Shown: positions 41,131 to 50,626 of the stretch, piece after piece
Layout of the letters: the number at the start of each line of letters is the position of its first letter
Position numbering within the stretch: the stretch's first letter is position 1
DNA from: an uncultured Actinomycetota bacterium
GTDB taxonomy: Bacteria > Actinomycetota > Actinomycetes > JAFAQI01
Length of the DNA: 64,000 bases
Direction of reading: 5' to 3'
Assembly (NCBI GenBank): GCA_963770565.1
Contig: CAVYQE010000011.1
Location: forward strand, 224,001 to 288,000
Program-made: the position numbers and the translations under genes
Notes under the pieces: model-generated
Databases searched by the model: none
What the model was told of the DNA's origin: nothing
The model's input: only the letters and a program-made list of their open reading frames with translations

Positions 41131-42558
41131 ATGAGTCACGAGACCAACCACCAGCGGGACGCGATCTACATCGACGGGCAGTGGGTAGCCTCCTCGGGAA
41201 GCGAGCGGATCGACGTCGAGAACCCGGCGACCGAGCAGATCATCGGTCACGTTCCCTCGGGTACGCCGGCCGATGTCGACCGCGCTGTCGCCGCGGCCCG
41301 CGCCGCCTTCGACGGGTGGGCGGCGACCAGTCCGGAGGAACGCGGCAAGTACCTCTCGCGGCTGCACGACGCGCTGGCGTCGCGGCAGGAGGAGATCGCG
41401 CTGACCATCCTGGCCGAGATGGGGGCGCCGCTGAAGCTCGCGCAGGCGGTGCAGGCCGGGCTCCCGCTCGCCGATATCGCGACCGCCGCAAGCCTCGCGA
41501 CATCGATCGCCTGGACCGAGCAGATCGGCAACTCGACGGTCGTACACGAGCCGGTCGGCGTGGTCGGCGCGATCACTCCGTGGAACTACCCGCTGCACCA
41601 GGTCACCGCGAAGCTCGCCTATGCCCTCGCGGCTGGGTGCACCGTTGTCCTGAAGCCGAGCGAGGTCGCTCCGCTTTGCTCGTACCTGTTCTTCGACGCG
41701 ATCCACGAGGTCGGGCTGCCGCCCGGAGTCGTCAACCTGGTGCCCGGCTACGGCCCGACCGTCGGCGAGGCGATCGCGTCTCACCCCGACATCGACATGG
41801 TGTCGTTCACCGGTTCGACCCGGGCCGGCACCCGGGTGGCGGAGCTCGGCGCGGCGACGGTCAAGAAGGTCGCGCTCGAGCTCGGCGGCAAGAGCGCGAA
41901 CGTGATCCTCCCCGACGCCGACCTGAAGCGTGCGGTGAAGGTCGGGCTCGGCAACTGCTTCCTGAACTCCGGCCAGACCTGCACGGCGTGGACCCGGATG
42001 CTGGTCAGCGACGGCCAGTACGACGAGGCGGTGCAGCTCGCGATGGAGTCGGCGGCCGGCTACCTGACCGGTGATCCGCTCGATCCGGCCACCCGGCTCG
42101 GCCCGCTGGTGTCCGCGACCCAGCACGAGCGGGTCGCCGGCTACATCGACAAGGGCGTCGCCGAGGGCGCCCGGCTCGTGGTCGGCGGCAGCGACCGGCC
42201 GCACGAGCGCGGTCACTTCGTCGCCGCGACCGTGTTCGCCGACGTGACCACCGACATGACGATCGCGCAGGAGGAGATCTTCGGCCCGGTGCTGTCGATC
42301 CTCCGCTACTCGAACGAGGACGAGGCGCTCGCGATCGCCAACGACTCGGTCTATGGCCTGGCCGGGGCGGTCTGGTCGGGCGACCAGGACCGGGCGACCG
42401 CCTTCGCCCGCCGGATGCGCACCGGCCAGGTCGACATCAACGGCGGCTCGTTCAACCCGGCTGCGCCGTTCGGCGGCTACAAGCGATCAGGCGTCGGGCG
42501 CGAGCTCGGCCGCTATGGCATCGAGGAGTTCCTCCAGCCGAAGTCGCTCCAGTTCTGA
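41131..42558 (+). CDS. NAD(P)-dependent aldehyde dehydrogenase
   Basis: PWNYP, FTGS, LELGGK, NSGQTC, EEIFGP, PFGG.K.SG.GRE. Confidence 0.95.
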   Translation: MSHETNHQRDAIYIDGQWVASSGSERIDVENPATEQIIGHVPSGTPADVDRAVAAARAAFDGWAATSPEERGKYLSRLHDALASRQEEIALTILAEMGAPLKLAQAVQAGLPLADIATAASLATSIAWTEQIGNSTVVHEPVGVVGAITPWNYPLHQVTAKLAYALAAGCTVVLKPSEVAPLCSYLFFDAIHEVGLPPGVVNLVPGYGPTVGEAIASHPDIDMVSFTGSTRAGTRVAELGAATVKKVALELGGKSANVILPDADLKRAVKVGLGNCFLNSGQTCTAWTRMLVSDGQYDEAVQLAMESAAGYLTGDPLDPATRLGPLVSATQHERVAGYIDKGVAEGARLVVGGSDRPHERGHFVAATVFADVTTDMTIAQEEIFGPVLSILRYSNEDEALAIANDSVYGLAGAVWSGDQDRATAFARRMRTGQVDINGGSFNPAAPFGGYKRSGVGRELGRYGIEEFLQPKSLQF

Positions 42559-42580
42559 GCTGCCGCGATACTGACTGACC

Positions 42581-43072
42581 ATGCGCGTCTACATCGGGTC
42601 CGACCACGCCGGGTTCGACCTCAAGGGCCGGCTGGTCGCCCGACTGACCGAACTCGGCCACGAGCCGGTCGACTGCGGCCCAGCTGGGTACGACGACCAG
42701 GACGACTACCCGCCGTACTGCCTGCTGACCGCGAGCCGAGTGGTCGCCGATCCGGGCAGCCTGGGCATCGTGATCGGCGGCTCGGGCAACGGCGAGGCGA
42801 TGGCCGCCAACAAGGTGCGCGGGGCGCGGTGTGCGCTCGCGTTCAGCGACGAGACCGCCCGGCTCGGCCGCGAGCACAACAACGCGAACGTGCTGAGCCT
42901 GGGCGCCCGGATGTACGACGAGGACACTGCGGTCCGTTATGCGGAGATCTTCGTGTCGACGCCCTTCAGCGACGCTGAGCGGCACAACCGCCGGCTCGCC
43001 CTGCTCGCCGGCTACGAGGCCTCTGGCGTCCTGCCGCCGCGGCCGGAGGACGTCGCCGACGGCGGGCGGTAG
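42581..43072 (+). CDS. rpiB: Ribose-5-phosphate isomerase B (actinobacterial type)
   Basis: GSDHAG, DDYP, GGSGNGE..AANKV.G, REHNNAN. Confidence 0.95.
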   Translation: MRVYIGSDHAGFDLKGRLVARLTELGHEPVDCGPAGYDDQDDYPPYCLLTASRVVADPGSLGIVIGGSGNGEAMAANKVRGARCALAFSDETARLGREHNNANVLSLGARMYDEDTAVRYAEIFVSTPFSDAERHNRRLALLAGYEASGVLPPRPEDVADGGR

Positions 43073-43200
43073 GCCACCACGACCTCCCGCTCCGCGCGCT
43101 CAAGATCGTCTTCGGCGCGCCGGGAGACGTCGCGGGCCCTCATCGCGGCGCCGATCGCGACCTGCGAGATGTGGTCGGCGAAATACCCACTTGCCGTCAT
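43012..43200 (-). CDS. Small hypothetical protein with a MRARDVSR motif
   Basis: Fills the rpiB-PP2C gap; motif resembles small actinobacterial proteins recalled near PP2C genes; overlaps the rpiB 3' end. Confidence 0.5.
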   Translation of the reverse strand: MTASGYFADHISQVAIGAAMRARDVSRRAEDDLERAEREVVVAYRPPSATSSGRGGRTPEAS

Positions 43201-43256
43201 TCGTCCACGTTAGGACCTGACGCAAGGCCTGCTTCGACCGTTAGTGTCGCGATGTT

Positions 43257-44363
43257 ATGGGGCAACCGGAGACCGTCGGACCCGGCCCGATCACGCGGGC
43301 GCGCCGCTGGCTCGGCCTGTTCGCCGCTCCGGAATCGGTTCGAGGCAAGCGGATCGCGCTGCTCGCGCTGCTCGTGCTGACCGGCCTGTGCCTCGCCCTC
43401 AACGTCGCGATGAGCGCGGCGGCGTTCCCGGTGCTGACCCTGGTCGTCCCAGTGGTGTTCGGTGGCCTGCTGCTCGAGCCGCCGGCGCTGCTGGTCGAGT
43501 TCGCGGCGGCCTTGGGCGTCCTGATCGCGGAGAACGTGGGAGTCGGCAACGACCTGGTGCACCCAGGCGCTTACATCGTGATGGCGATCGTGGCCGGGAT
43601 CGCGTTCCAGCAGTCTTATGACCGCCGGCGGCTCGGGCTCTCGCTCGGGCGGGGCGAGCAGATGCTGCTGGAGTTGCGCGACCGGCTGCGCTCTCAAGGC
43701 GAGTTGCCGATCTTGCCATCAGGCTGGCGCGCCGAGGTCGAGCAACAGTCGGCGGGGGGCGCGAGCTTCGGTGGCGACTTCCTGGTCGCGACCATGACCG
43801 ACGGCGGCCGGTCGATGGAGCTCGCCCTCGTCGATGTGTCGGGCAAGGGCGTCGATGCCGGAACCCGGGCCCTGATGCTCTCCGGAGCGCTCGGCGGGTT
43901 GCTGGGCGCCGTACCGCCGCAGCGCTTCCTCGAGTCGGCGAACGAATACCTGCTGCGGCAGGAGTGGGGCGAAGGCTTTGCCACCGCGCTGCACTTGACG
44001 GTCGAGCTGTCCAGCGGTCGTTATCGGTTGAGCACAGCAGGGCACCCACCTGCGGTGCACTACGTGGGCGGCACCGGCCGGTGGGAGGTCGTCGAGCCGC
44101 AGGGGACCGTGCTCGGGCTGCTGCCGGACGCCGACTTCGGTTGGGTCGAAGGCGAGCTTCGCCCATACGACGCGTTGCTGCTCTACACCGACGGCGTCGT
44201 CGAGGTGCCCGGCCGCGATCTCGCGGTCGGTATCGACAAGCTGCTCGGCGCCGCGGAACGGCTGATCCCGCGCGGCTTCGACGGCGGCGCAGTCCGGCTC
44301 CTGCAGGACGTCGCATCGACCGCTACCGACGACCGCGCTCTCGTCCTCCTCTGGCGCACCTGA
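43257..44363 (+). CDS. Membrane SpoIIE/PP2C-family Ser/Thr phosphatase
   Basis: About 4 TM, then GGDF, DVSGKG, AGHPP, LYTDG, DD. Confidence 0.92.
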   Translation: MGQPETVGPGPITRARRWLGLFAAPESVRGKRIALLALLVLTGLCLALNVAMSAAAFPVLTLVVPVVFGGLLLEPPALLVEFAAALGVLIAENVGVGNDLVHPGAYIVMAIVAGIAFQQSYDRRRLGLSLGRGEQMLLELRDRLRSQGELPILPSGWRAEVEQQSAGGASFGGDFLVATMTDGGRSMELALVDVSGKGVDAGTRALMLSGALGGLLGAVPPQRFLESANEYLLRQEWGEGFATALHLTVELSSGRYRLSTAGHPPAVHYVGGTGRWEVVEPQGTVLGLLPDADFGWVEGELRPYDALLLYTDGVVEVPGRDLAVGIDKLLGAAERLIPRGFDGGAVRLLQDVASTATDDRALVLLWRT

Positions 44364-44486
44364 CTGCACCCAGAGCGGCTCTCGATGACGGCTCGTGAAT
44401 GGCCGGTACGCCGCCATGCGATCACGGCCTTCGACCGGACAAGTTCCACCAAGTGCGCACCGGTACGCCGGCCGCGACAGACCGGC

Positions 44487-44548
44487 TTGACAGACTGGGG
44501 AATCGCAATCATCATTCCACTAACCCATTAGTGGAAGTGTGGAATGAT
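44487..44548 (+). promoter_or_regulatory. Promoter and operator of the GntR/ABC operon
   Basis: TTGACA (44487-44492)-N17-CATCAT; TTCCACTAA-N4-TTAGTGGAA (44515-44536); outer ATCATTCCAC/GTGGAATGAT repeat. Confidence 0.7.
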
Positions 44549-44936
44549 CGAGTTCTATCTGGATCCGTCTGCGGGCGTGGCGACGTACCTCCAGCTGGTG
44601 CAGCAGGTTCACCAGGCGCTGCAGTTGGGAGTGCTCGAGCCGGGCGATCGGTTGCCCACGGCACAGCAGGTCGTCGCGTCGCTCGCGATCAACCCCAATA
44701 CGGTGCTCAAGGCCTACCGCGATCTTGAGCGGGAAGGGCTCGTCCGGGCCCGCCCGGGTCTCGGGACCTTCGTCGTCGGACGGGTACCGGGGGCCGATCC
44801 GGTGGCCCAGGCCAAGTTCCGCAAGTCGATGACGGCGTGGTTGCGGTCGGCGCGAGCGGCCGGGCTCAGCGCTCAGGAGATCGAGGCGATCTATCGCACC
44901 GCAGTCCGGGACAGCCTGATCGAGGGCGTCGCATGA
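44544..44936 (+). CDS. GntR-family regulator, YtrA subfamily
   Basis: YLQL..Q, L.PGD.LP, INPNTV.KAY..LE.EG; short C-terminus; leads an ABC exporter. Confidence 0.92.
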   Translation: MIEFYLDPSAGVATYLQLVQQVHQALQLGVLEPGDRLPTAQQVVASLAINPNTVLKAYRDLEREGLVRARPGLGTFVVGRVPGADPVAQAKFRKSMTAWLRSARAAGLSAQEIEAIYRTAVRDSLIEGVA

Positions 44937-45829
44937 CCGCGGCAGTGGACGCGATCGGCTTGGGCAAGCGCTACGGCCGGCGCTGGGCGTTGACCGACTG
45001 CACGCTGACCGTCCCGACCGGCCGCGTCGTCGGCCTGGTCGGACCGAACGGAGCCGGCAAGACCACGTTGCTGCACCTGGCCGTGGGTCTACTCGAGCCG
45101 AGCGCCGGCACGATCTCCGTGCTCGGCGACCGTCCCCGCTCCGATTCCGCCTTGCTGTCCCGAGTCGGGTTCCTGGCGCAGGACAGCCCGACGTACGCGC
45201 GGTTGACGGTCGGTCAGCACCTGCAGATGGGTCAATGGCTGAACCCGACCTGGGACTCCGCGTTCGCGCGGAACCGGATCGAGGAGCTCCGGCTCGACCT
45301 CGGCCAGCGGGCCGGCACGCTGTCCGGCGGCCAGAAAGCACAACTGGCTTTGACGTTGGCGGTGGCGAAGCGGCCGGAGCTGTTGCTGCTCGACGAGCCG
45401 GTCGCCAGCCTCGATCCACTGGCCCGGCGGGAGTTCCTTCAGACCCTGATGGAGGTGGTGGCCGCACAGGGAGTCGGCGTCGTGCTGTCGTCTCACCTGA
45501 TCGCCGATCTGGAGCGGGTGTGCGACTACCTTGTCGTTCTCGTTGCTGGCCGGGTCGCGCTGACCGGCGAAGTTGATGCGCTGCTCGCCTCGCATCACCG
45601 GCTGGTCGGCCCGCGCCGGGATGCCGCCGCGATGCCGAGGGATCAGTTGGTGATCGACGCCAGCCATGCCGAGAAGCAGAGCACGCTGCTGGTGCGAACC
45701 GAGAACCCGATCCTCGACCCGGCGTGGACGGTCACCCCGGTGACGCTCGAGGATCTCGTCCTCGCTTACATGCGGCAGGCAGTTGACGGCGATCAGCGGC
45801 CGTCCAGCGGGCTGGCGGTGGCTGGATGA
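44933..45829 (+). CDS. ABC exporter ATP-binding protein (YtrB-like)
   Basis: GPNGAGKTT, LSGGQ, LDEP...LDP, SSH; ATGA overlap. Confidence 0.92.
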   Translation: MTAAVDAIGLGKRYGRRWALTDCTLTVPTGRVVGLVGPNGAGKTTLLHLAVGLLEPSAGTISVLGDRPRSDSALLSRVGFLAQDSPTYARLTVGQHLQMGQWLNPTWDSAFARNRIEELRLDLGQRAGTLSGGQKAQLALTLAVAKRPELLLLDEPVASLDPLARREFLQTLMEVVAAQGVGVVLSSHLIADLERVCDYLVVLVAGRVALTGEVDALLASHHRLVGPRRDAAAMPRDQLVIDASHAEKQSTLLVRTENPILDPAWTVTPVTLEDLVLAYMRQAVDGDQRPSSGLAVAG

Positions 45830-46875
45830 CTCGCTTCGCCTGGTTGCAGGCCCGTACGCAAACGCTGGTCGGTGCCGGTGCGCTCGCGGCGCTCGCCGTT
45901 GCCACGGCCATCGTGGGGATCCATCTGTCCCACCTACACAGCAGCCTCGTCGTCGGGTGCCGGGGCCCGAGCAACTGCGGGGTCGGCATCTCCGAGTTCC
46001 TCAGCCATGGCAACTTCTTCGAGCACGTGCTCGACATCGTGACGCAGGTCGCCGCGCCGCTGCTCGGCGTGTTCTGGGGCGCCCCGCTTCTGGCCCGCGA
46101 GCTGGAGTCCGGCACCCATCGGCTCGTCTGGACCCAGAGCGTCACCCGCTCCCGCTGGTTGATCACCCGACTTGTGATCGTCGGCTTGGCGACCGCGATG
46201 CTGGCCGGTCTTCTCACCCTCGCCATCACCTGGTTCTACCGAGACATCGACCCGCTCGCTTCGAACCGCTACGCGGTGTTCGACGCGCGCGACATCGTGC
46301 CGATTGGTTACGCGGTATTCGCGTTTACCCTCGGCGTGCTGCTCGGCGCGGTCATCCGCCGTACGGTGCCCGCGATGGCCGCAACGATTGTCGGGTACGT
46401 CGGCGCCCGGGTGGCCATCGCGTTGTGGGTCCGACCGCATCTGCTCACCCCGGTGCACAAGACGATGGGATTGCTCAGCGGAGGCTTCGGCTTCGAGATC
46501 ATGAACGGTTCGGCGCGGATGGTGGCTAAGGGCGCCCCACCGCCCAACACCTGGAGCCTGTCCAGCCACATCGTGACCAGCTCCGGTCACGTCGCCAGCT
46601 CGTCCCAACTCGCGGCGTTCCTGCAGCAGCACTGTGCGAAGCTCGCCACTCTGCCTCCACCGACCGCTTCAGGTCGGATCGCGAAACAGGGCGGCAATCC
46701 AGCCGTCTTCCAGGCCTGCGGCAACCAGGCGGCTCGGGTGTTCCATCTGCTGGTGACCTACCAGCCGGCCGGCCATTACTGGCCCCTCCAGTGGCTCGAG
46801 ACCGGAATCTTCGTTGTTCTTGCGATCCTCGCTGCCGCCGGTGCCTACTGGTGGGTCACCCGCCGAATCGTGTGA
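45826..46875 (+). CDS. ABC exporter permease
   Basis: GAPL.ARE.E.GT....W.QS..R.RW, Y.PA..YW..Q..E. Confidence 0.88.
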   Translation: MTRFAWLQARTQTLVGAGALAALAVATAIVGIHLSHLHSSLVVGCRGPSNCGVGISEFLSHGNFFEHVLDIVTQVAAPLLGVFWGAPLLARELESGTHRLVWTQSVTRSRWLITRLVIVGLATAMLAGLLTLAITWFYRDIDPLASNRYAVFDARDIVPIGYAVFAFTLGVLLGAVIRRTVPAMAATIVGYVGARVAIALWVRPHLLTPVHKTMGLLSGGFGFEIMNGSARMVAKGAPPPNTWSLSSHIVTSSGHVASSSQLAAFLQQHCAKLATLPPPTASGRIAKQGGNPAVFQACGNQAARVFHLLVTYQPAGHYWPLQWLETGIFVVLAILAAAGAYWWVTRRIV

Positions 46876-46898
46876 TCACGACCTAGCGCCGCACAGCG

Positions 46899-47456
46899 CT
46901 ACGCGAATCGGTCGTCTTCGGCGGCCAGGTCGTGGAGCTCCCGGAGCCGGTCGGTGAGCCATTGCCATCCGTCGGAGTCGCGATGGTGCAGGTGCCATCC
47001 CCATAGCACTTCGTGCACCCGTGGGCCGTGCCGGAGCACACCGAGGACGACGACCCGGGTGTCCGTAGGAAGCTGCTCCTCCGGGAAGTAGATCCGGACC
47101 GCGCCGGGCACGCTGCTTCGGCCGACCACGGACGTGCCACCCAGGAACCCAGGCAGTTCGGCGGACGCCGCGTCAACTGACGGGACGTCGGCGCTGCCCT
47201 CGCCGAGGCTTGGAACACCGCCGAGGAGCACCAGCTCGCCGGTGTCGTGGATCCACTCCAGCCGGCCGATCCTCGCCGCTAAGGCGTCGGCAACCGGCGC
47301 CGGCAGGGTCCACTCGCCGAAGTTCGTGACGAAACTCATCGCTCGACCGACGTTCGCCTCGTGGAATGCATCGAGCCGGACGACGTCCAGCTCGACCTCG
47401 GCGACCTGCACACGCGCAACCACCGCCGGACGGTCAGCGGCCTCGTCGTTGGGCAT
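46899..47456 (-). CDS. Hypothetical protein
   Basis: Coding-like ORF with GGAG upstream; L.W..DTGEL and L.GW...GW.WL..RL motifs. Confidence 0.65.
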   Translation of the reverse strand: MPNDEAADRPAVVARVQVAEVELDVVRLDAFHEANVGRAMSFVTNFGEWTLPAPVADALAARIGRLEWIHDTGELVLLGGVPSLGEGSADVPSVDAASAELPGFLGGTSVVGRSSVPGAVRIYFPEEQLPTDTRVVVLGVLRHGPRVHEVLWGWHLHHRDSDGWQWLTDRLRELHDLAAEDDRFA

Positions 47457-47516
47457 GGACACTCCAGTCCTCGTGGGTCACAGTCAGCGAAGGTGGGCGG
47501 GCCCGCCGTCGCTCTC

Positions 47517-47579
47517 AGTTGATCATGGCGAAAAGCGCCGTCTTTCAGCCGAAGATCGCTCGTTTCGCCATGATCAACT
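47517..47579. repeat. 63-bp inverted-repeat element (REP/MITE-like)
   Basis: Perfect 17-bp arms AGTTGATCATGGCGAAA/TTTCGCCATGATCAACT with a 29-nt spacer. Confidence 0.8.
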
Positions 47580-47597
47580 CGGGCTGGCCGGGCGGGG

Positions 47598-48755
47598 TTA
47601 GGCCTGGACGATTGCTCCGCTGTCCCGTAGGGCGGTGATCACATCGGGGTCGATGCCCCACTCCTGCAGGGCCTCGACCGTGTCGGCTCCCGGCGGGCGC
47701 GCGGGTACGCCGACCGCACCCGGCGTACGGGAGAACCGCGGCGCGACCGCGGGCTGGGTCAGACCGTCGACCTCGATCAGGCTCTGTCTGGCCTGCAGGT
47801 GTGGATCGGCCGATGCCTCGGTGATCCGCCACACCGGCGAGACGCAGGCATCGACGCCGTCGAACGCGGCGATCCACTCCGCGCGGGTGCGGGCGGCGAA
47901 CGCAGTCACGAAACGCTCGCGGGTCGCCGGCCACGTCGCGCGATCGTTCTGCGGCGGGAGGTCGGTCAGGTCGAGCACCCGCACGAGCTCGGCGAAGAAC
48001 TGCGGCTCGATCGCGCCGACCGCCATGTACTCACCATCCGCGCACTGGTAGGTGTCGTAGTACGGCGCACCGCCGTCGAGCATGTTGCTGCCGCGTTCGT
48101 CGCGCAGTAGCCCGGCCGAGTTCTGGCCGTGCGCCATTGCCAGCAGCGTCGAGACGCCGTCGACCATCGCGACGTCGACGACCTGGCCCTGACCACTGGT
48201 GACCCGTTCGAGCAAAGCCGCCAGTACGCCGGCCACGCAGAACATCCCGCCGCCGCCGAAATCGGCCACCAGGTTCAGCGGCGGCACCGGCTTCCGGCCC
48301 GGCTCGCCGATCATCGAGATCGCGCCGGCGATCGCCGCGTAGTCGATGTCGTGGCCGACCCGGGCGGCCAGCGGACCGTCCTGACCCCATCCGGTCATTC
48401 GGGCATAGACCAGCCGCGGGTTGGCCGCCAGGCACTCGTCGGGTCCGAGTCCGAGCCGCTCGGCCACGCCGGGCCGGAACGCCTCGACCACGACGTCGGC
48501 GCCGGCGACCAGATCGAGCGCGAGTTCAGTCGCGCCGGACGCCTTCAGGTCGATGGCGACCGACCGGCGGCCACGGGCGAGCACGTCGAAGCGCCCGATC
48601 ACCGAGCTGAGCGTCCCGCCCGGCCGCTCCAGCCGGAGCACGTCGGCGCCGAGGTCGGCCAGCATCATGACCGCGAACGGCGCGGGCCCGATCCCGGCGA
48701 GCTCGATGACCTTGATCCCGGCCAGCGGCCCCGGCCGCTCCGATCCCGCACTCAC
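47598..48755 (-). CDS. CaiB/BaiF CoA-transferase family III (alpha-methylacyl-CoA racemase-like)
   Basis: GPL.G..V.E.AGIGP.P, E.FRPGVAERLG, GHDI.Y, N..ADFGGG, MVDG, APRFSRTP; GTGA overlap with the upstream gene. Confidence 0.92.
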   Translation of the reverse strand: MSAGSERPGPLAGIKVIELAGIGPAPFAVMMLADLGADVLRLERPGGTLSSVIGRFDVLARGRRSVAIDLKASGATELALDLVAGADVVVEAFRPGVAERLGLGPDECLAANPRLVYARMTGWGQDGPLAARVGHDIDYAAIAGAISMIGEPGRKPVPPLNLVADFGGGGMFCVAGVLAALLERVTSGQGQVVDVAMVDGVSTLLAMAHGQNSAGLLRDERGSNMLDGGAPYYDTYQCADGEYMAVGAIEPQFFAELVRVLDLTDLPPQNDRATWPATRERFVTAFAARTRAEWIAAFDGVDACVSPVWRITEASADPHLQARQSLIEVDGLTQPAVAPRFSRTPGAVGVPARPPGADTVEALQEWGIDPDVITALRDSGAIVQA

Positions 48756-49489
48756 CGGGTCACGGTAGCGGTCCGTCCCATGATGATCCGGGCGTGGTCG
48801 CGCGGGTTGAGCCAGCGCAGCAGGATCAGCAACTCCGGTCGGGGCAGGGCGACACATCCCGACGTCGGGCTGTGGTGTGTGACGTGCAGGAAGATCGCAC
48901 TTCCCCGCCCGGGCACGCGCGCGGTGTTGTAGGCGATCGCGGCGACATCGTCGTACGACGGCTGGACGTGCAGTGGTTCAGGGGCGCGACCGGCCGAGTG
49001 GCGCCGGGTGTTGGTCCAGAGGTTGTAGCGCGGGCTGGCCGGATCGTCGTCCCACACGTCCCACGGTGCGGCGTGCCGCCACGGGTAGCGCACCTTGGGA
49101 TTCGGGTCCACGCCGAAGAAGAACGAGAAGTGGTACGAGCCGGTCGGGACCTTGCCGTCACCCTCGCGCTTCGCGCCCGGCCGGGCGAACCCGTTGCGGC
49201 CGATCCACGCCGACCACGGGCCGGCCACCCGCTTCCAACCGGCGGCGGTCTTGGCGAACGCCTGGACGGTCGCGTGGACCGAGCCGTAGTGCGCCGTGGT
49301 CACCGAGATGACCTGGGTCGCGTTGTGCACGCCCTTCAGGCGGGTGACCAGCAACCCGTGCGGCGCGCTGCGCGTCACGGCAGCGGGTCGCGTGGCGCCG
49401 CGGGTTGCCGCGTTGGTCCACGCCGGAGCCGCCACGACGGCGAGCGTCATCATCAGCGTCACCACGACCGCGGTGGTACGCCGGCCCAC
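48752..49489 (-). CDS. Secreted L,D-transpeptidase (YkuD-like)
   Basis: Signal peptide; KREGDG..P.G, GSAIFLHV....TSGCVA catalytic H...C; AGGAG RBS before the GTG. Confidence 0.88.
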   Translation of the reverse strand: MGRRTTAVVVTLMMTLAVVAAPAWTNAATRGATRPAAVTRSAPHGLLVTRLKGVHNATQVISVTTAHYGSVHATVQAFAKTAAGWKRVAGPWSAWIGRNGFARPGAKREGDGKVPTGSYHFSFFFGVDPNPKVRYPWRHAAPWDVWDDDPASPRYNLWTNTRRHSAGRAPEPLHVQPSYDDVAAIAYNTARVPGRGSAIFLHVTHHSPTSGCVALPRPELLILLRWLNPRDHARIIMGRTATVTR

Positions 49490-49572
49490 TTGCGCTCCTA
49501 CCCTCGACATGTGCCAGGACGAACGCTACGCCGCCGACCTGGGACCGGCGTGGCCACCGCGGTGGTTCGGGG

Positions 49573-50559
49573 ATGACCGCGCTCGCACCGTTGACGGCCG
49601 GACGTTTCGTCTCGACCTGGCAGTTCGACGGATGGGCGACCGTCGTCGTGCTGGCGCTGCTCGCCGGATACGTCGCCGGCATGCGGGCGGCCGGGCGGCG
49701 TGGCGTCGCGTGGCCCCGAACGCGAGCGGCGTGGTTCATCGGCCTCGGTCTCGGCACCATCGTCATCGCCACGATGTCGTCGATGTCGGTCTACTCGCGG
49801 GTGTTGCTGTGGCCGATGGCACTGCAGGTGACGCTGCTGTTGACGATCGTGCCGGTCGGTCTCGGACTCGGCGACCCGCTCGGTCTGGTCAGCGCGTCGC
49901 TGTCTCCATCCGGTCGGGCGCGTTGGCGCCGCGCCCTCGACAACCCGGTCTTCCGGATCCTCACCTTCCCGGCGGTCGCGCCGCTGCTCGCTGTCGCCAC
50001 GCAGTTCGTCGTGTTCTACACGGGCTACATCGGCGCGGCTCAGCACCATGTCTGGGTCATGCAGCTGCTCCAGGCGCAGCTGGTGATCACCGGCTGCCTG
50101 TTCGTGCTGCCGTTGCTCGGCGTCGAGGCGTTGCCGGCCTGGTGCACGCAACCGGTCCGGATGACCTTCGCGGCCGTCGATGGTCTACTCGACGCGATCC
50201 CGGGGATCGCGGTGATGACCAGCGGCTCGCTGGTCGCCGACGGCTACTACCGCTCGGTCAGCCGTACCTGGGGTCCGACCCGAAGCTGGGACCAGATCAT
50301 CGCCGGCGGTCTGATGCTGACGATTGCCGAAGTAGTGGCGATCCCGTTCGTCGCGATCCTGTTCCGGGCCTGGATCCGCGAGGACGCGGCCCGGGCCGAG
50401 GACGTCGACCTGGCCCTCGATCTTGCCGACCTGAAGCAAGACCCGGAAGCGCCGGAGGGAGCCGCGCCGAGCAACCGGCCGTGGTGGGAGGTCGATCCGG
50501 GGCCACTCGCCGACCGGGCCGCGCGCTACGGCTGGGCCGAGCGGCCGCCGGAAAGCTAG
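49573..50559 (+). CDS. CtaG (caa3-type cytochrome c oxidase assembly factor)-like membrane protein, His-less variant
   Basis: WP..R...F..G, L..G.P..L, G.LF..P..G....P, DQ...GG.M....E; usual His ligands absent. Confidence 0.78.
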   Translation: MTALAPLTAGRFVSTWQFDGWATVVVLALLAGYVAGMRAAGRRGVAWPRTRAAWFIGLGLGTIVIATMSSMSVYSRVLLWPMALQVTLLLTIVPVGLGLGDPLGLVSASLSPSGRARWRRALDNPVFRILTFPAVAPLLAVATQFVVFYTGYIGAAQHHVWVMQLLQAQLVITGCLFVLPLLGVEALPAWCTQPVRMTFAAVDGLLDAIPGIAVMTSGSLVADGYYRSVSRTWGPTRSWDQIIAGGLMLTIAEVVAIPFVAILFRAWIREDAARAEDVDLALDLADLKQDPEAPEGAAPSNRPWWEVDPGPLADRAARYGWAERPPES

Positions 50560-50562
50560 GCG

Positions 50563-50623
50563 CCCATCAACCAACGTTTGCCCTGTTGCGCGACGCTCAC
50601 GACGGCCAACGTTGGTTGATGGG
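50563..50623. repeat. Inverted repeat, probable bidirectional terminator
   Basis: Perfect 16-bp arms CCCATCAACCAACGTT/AACGTTGGTTGATGGG with a 29-nt spacer, between convergent stops. Confidence 0.8.
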
Positions 50624-50626
50624 GCG

